A DNA stretch of 64,000 bases from an uncultured Bacteroidales bacterium (GTDB lineage Bacteria; Bacteroidota; Bacteroidia; Bacteroidales; FEN-979): positions 202,051 to 266,050 of the forward strand of contig CAWAVC010000025.1 in the NCBI GenBank assembly GCA_963785325.1, written 5' to 3'. The notes beneath the pieces are model-generated. The model made no database searches and had not been told where the DNA came from. It saw only the letters and a list, made by a program, of their open reading frames with translations. The position numbers were made by a program, and so were the translations under genes. Positions 61,849 through 64,000 of the stretch are shown piece by piece. Positions within the stretch are counted from its first letter, which is position 1, and the number at the start of each line of letters is the position of its first letter.

Positions 61849-62268
61849 TTGGCACTTCAAACAATTGACATTCCTAATCTGACTAAAATCCTGGAACAAC
61901 AGTTTCAAGAGATTTTATTTGCTTTTATTTTCGGTTCTGCGAAAGATGGATTAATCAGAACAGAGGGAGATGTCGATATTGCCGTGTGGATAGACGACCC
62001 CAAAAAAAAGATGGATTTGATACCGCGGTTAACAGGAATAGTGGAGTCAATAACTCAAGGCACACCGTGTGATCTTCTACTGCTTAATGAAGCCGGCAGC
62101 CAATTGGCCTTTGAAGCGCTTCAGGGGCAGCTCCTTTTTGTAAGGGATGAAGCGATGGACCTCTATTCAGGGTTTTATGCACAGACTTGCAGGGGGTATG
62201 AAGATGCTATAGGCTGGATGAAAAAACAACTTCAATACCGTGGATATGAAGTACAATGGGATCATTGA
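61849..62268 (+). CDS. MNT-type minimal nucleotidyltransferase (type VII antitoxin candidate)
   Basis: FIFGSAKDG...GDVDIAVW nucleotidyltransferase motif. TTG start. Overlaps the next ORF. Confidence 0.7.
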   Translation: MALQTIDIPNLTKILEQQFQEILFAFIFGSAKDGLIRTEGDVDIAVWIDDPKKKMDLIPRLTGIVESITQGTPCDLLLLNEAGSQLAFEALQGQLLFVRDEAMDLYSGFYAQTCRGYEDAIGWMKKQLQYRGYEVQWDH

Positions 62269-62650
62269 ATCGAAACTAAGAATTATCGAGCAGAAATTGG
62301 GAGAGATTGAAAGCTGGAATATTCAATCATTTGAACAGCTTAAAGAAAGTTCGTTATTGCAAAATGCCCTGGAAAGAGCCCTCCAGGTGAATATCGAAGT
62401 AATGATCGATATCAGCGAACGTATCCTTGCATTAAACAAGGAACGGCCGCTCCCCACAGCGCAGGATAATATCATCAGATTACAGGAGTCAGGAATTATA
62501 TCCACAAGGCCTGAATATAGTGAAATGGTAAAATTCAGAAACTTTATTGTACACCGGTACGAAAAAATTGACCTTGAAATTATTTATGGTATCCTGAAAA
62601 ATAAACTTTTCCTATTCAGGGAATTCATTAATGATATCAGAAAGAGTTGA
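62240..62650 (+). CDS. HepT/DUF86 HEPN-domain toxin candidate
   Basis: RNFIVHRY (the R-x4-H HEPN motif) near the C-terminus, about 130 aa. Confidence 0.7.
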   Translation: MDMKYNGIIESKLRIIEQKLGEIESWNIQSFEQLKESSLLQNALERALQVNIEVMIDISERILALNKERPLPTAQDNIIRLQESGIISTRPEYSEMVKFRNFIVHRYEKIDLEIIYGILKNKLFLFREFINDIRKS

Positions 62651-62689
62651 AGGGTTTGAAGTTTGGATTTCGGATATAGACATCTTGAA

Positions 62690-62955
62690 AAAGTCACAAA
62701 GTCACAAAGTCACAAAGTCGCAGAGTAAAAGGCGGACAGGTGAACAAGCGGACAAGCGGACGAAAAAGGTCACAAAGTGACAGAGTGACAGAGTGACAAA
62801 GTAAAAAAGCGGACAAGCGGACAAGCGGATAAGCGGACGAAAAAAATCACAAAGTCACAGAGTAAAAGGCGGACAGGTGAACAAGCGGACAAGCGGACGA
62901 AAAAGGTCACAAAGTGACAGAGTGATAGAGTGACAAAGTCACAAAGTAAAAAAGG
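62690..62955 (+). repeat. second higher-order repeat (two units of about 120 bp built from AAGTCACA/AGTGACAG octamers and CAAGCGGA)
   Basis: GTAAAAGGCGGACAGGTGAACAAGCGGACAAGCGGACGAAAAAGGTCACAAAGTGACAGAGTGA occurs twice. Confidence 0.9.
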
Positions 62956-62983
62956 GAAAAAAACAGTAAACAGTACTTAACAC

Positions 62984-63318
62984 TTGAAGATTGTAACGGT
63001 TATCGGGGCAAGGGGGCAGTTTATTAAGGCGGCAACTATATCACGGTTACGAATTCATGATTCTGATGTTGAAGAAATATTGGCCCATACCGGGCAGCAG
63101 TATGATCCGAATATGCTGGATATCTTTTTCGAGGAATTGAATATCCCACATCCTGATTTTAATCTGGGGGTGGTTCAGGTTCTCATGCTATTCAGACCGG
63201 TAAAATGCTAAAGGGCATAGAGACTATCCTCCTGGATAAAAAACCAGACTGGACACTGGTGTATGGCGATACAAATTCGACGCTTGGCGGAGCAGTTGCT
63301 TCCATGAATTTAAACTAA
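62984..63318 (+). pseudogene. 5' fragment (about 105 codons) of a second UDP-GlcNAc 2-epimerase gene, frameshifted and truncated
   Basis: MKIVTVIGARGQFIKAAT...HTGQQYDPNM. There is a frameshift at the G-run 63166-63170, then SGSHAIQTGKMLKGIETILLDKKPDWTLVYGDTNSTL..., ending MNLN*. By eye it is roughly 80-90% identical to 56845-57185. Confidence 0.8.
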
Positions 63319-63333
63319 TTTAATTAACATCTT

Positions 63334-64000
63334 ATGAAAGTCCTAATCCTTGCAGGTGGTGTTGGTTCCAGATTATCTGAAGAAACACTGGTTAAACCTA
63401 AACCAATGATTGAAATAGGAGGCAAACCTATTCTTTGGCATATAATGAAACTATATTCTTTTTATGGCCACGATGATTTTATAATATTGTGCGGCTATAA
63501 AAGCTATTTAATTAAAGAATATTTTGCAAACTATTATTTTCATGAGGCGGATCTGACTGTTGACCTAAAAAATAATGCTATTAATGTTCATCATTCGAAT
63601 GCTGAGCCCTGGCAAATAACAATGGTAGATACTGGATTGGATACAATGACCGGAGGAAGAATTAAACGGGTATCAGATTACATTGGGAAGGAGACTTTTC
63701 TCCTGACCTATGGAGACGGCGTTGGGAATGTCAACATCGGGGAACTAATTGCGTTTCATAAACAACATAATAAAAAAGCGACTGTCACGATTGTTCAGCC
63801 ATCAGGAAGATTTGGAACTATAAACTTTGATGATAAAGAGGAGGTTACGGTCTTTTCATTCCAAGAAAAACCTGCTGGAGACGGTTCTTGGATAAATGGC
63901 GGTTTTTTTGTTTGTGAACCTGATGTCTTGAATTACATAAGAGATGACCAAACAATTTGGGAAAAAGAGCCGCTTGAACATTTAGCGAAAGAAAAAGAAT
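63334..64000 (+). CDS. rfbF: glucose-1-phosphate cytidylyltransferase (partial, runs off the window)
   Basis: My own translation gives MKVLILAGGVGSRLSEETLVKPKPMIEIGGKPILWHIMKLYSFYG...LLTYGDGVGNVNI...WINGGFFV. This ORF is not in the supplied track because no stop codon is reached. Confidence 0.8.
   Translation, partial: MKVLILAGGVGSRLSEETLVKPKPMIEIGGKPILWHIMKLYSFYGHDDFIILCGYKSYLIKEYFANYYFHEADLTVDLKNNAINVHHSNAEPWQITMVDTGLDTMTGGRIKRVSDYIGKETFLLTYGDGVGNVNIGELIAFHKQHNKKATVTIVQPSGRFGTINFDDKEEVTVFSFQEKPAGDGSWINGGFFVCEPDVLNYIRDDQTIWEKEPLEHLAKEKE

Noticed and set aside
57917-62983. Prophage or integrative element carrying the ATPase, RhuM and MNT/HepT genes
   Set aside because: There are no integrase, recombinase, phage structural or conjugation genes, and no att-like direct repeats other than the diverged wecB fragments. 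It is described instead as an accessory insertion of unknown origin.

Overview
This 64-kb chromosomal window looks like an anaerobic member of the Bacteroidota. Supporting signals are T9SS C-terminal sorting domains, a UpxY-type antiterminator, TTTG-N19-20-TAnnTTTG promoter boxes, PFOR and a tungsten-type aldehyde:ferredoxin oxidoreductase.

Ordinary content:
- Outer-membrane/T9SS proteins, thiF, carboxyltransferase subunits (5S-like, 12S/PccB-like, biotin carrier) and pruA.
- A W/Mo module: AOR, WtpABC-like uptake, moeA-moaA-moaC and a MOSC-MogA fusion.
- tRNA-Leu(UAA) and tRNA-Gly(GCC), mutS, mutS2, a TrmH-family methylase, folK, sppA, a DHOD-like gene plus nifJ/PFOR, rpsT and engB.
- An OlsA/OlsB (GlsA/GlsB)-type acyltransferase pair.
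- A polysaccharide locus (upxY, nucleotidyltransferase, wecB, rfbF) interrupted by accessory genes (AAA ATPase, RhuM, MNT/HepT toxin-antitoxin, DUF2683/YafQ remnant).
- Two IS4-family elements with recognisable inverted repeats and target duplications.

Unusual content:
1. About 40 tandem arrays of 7-8 nt units fill almost every intergenic gap, roughly 10% of the window by my count. Units include GGGTACT, GGTGAGA, GGTGAAT, GAATGAA, CAAGCGGA and AAGTCACA. The arrays often start at the stop codon.
2. The arrays are strongly strand-polar. The G/purine-rich strand is on + regardless of gene orientation.
3. The few inverted arrays are almost all the 3' flanks of four small four-helix-bundle genes (23S rRNA IVS protein / Avd-like family). 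Each of these genes is therefore bracketed by 13-21 bp or longer perfect complementary arms, like the ORF-bearing intervening sequences of 23S rRNA. Three of them alternate one-for-one with polysaccharide genes. I consider this the best candidate for an undescribed system.
4. A 1.3-kb higher-order repeat has 10 composite units.
5. At least 13 single-nucleotide frameshifts break otherwise conserved genes, including mutS, mutS2, folK, engB and pccB. Many lie in homopolymers, so sequencing error is a serious alternative to real decay.

All functional calls rest on my reading of the translated ORFs and motifs. No database search was possible.
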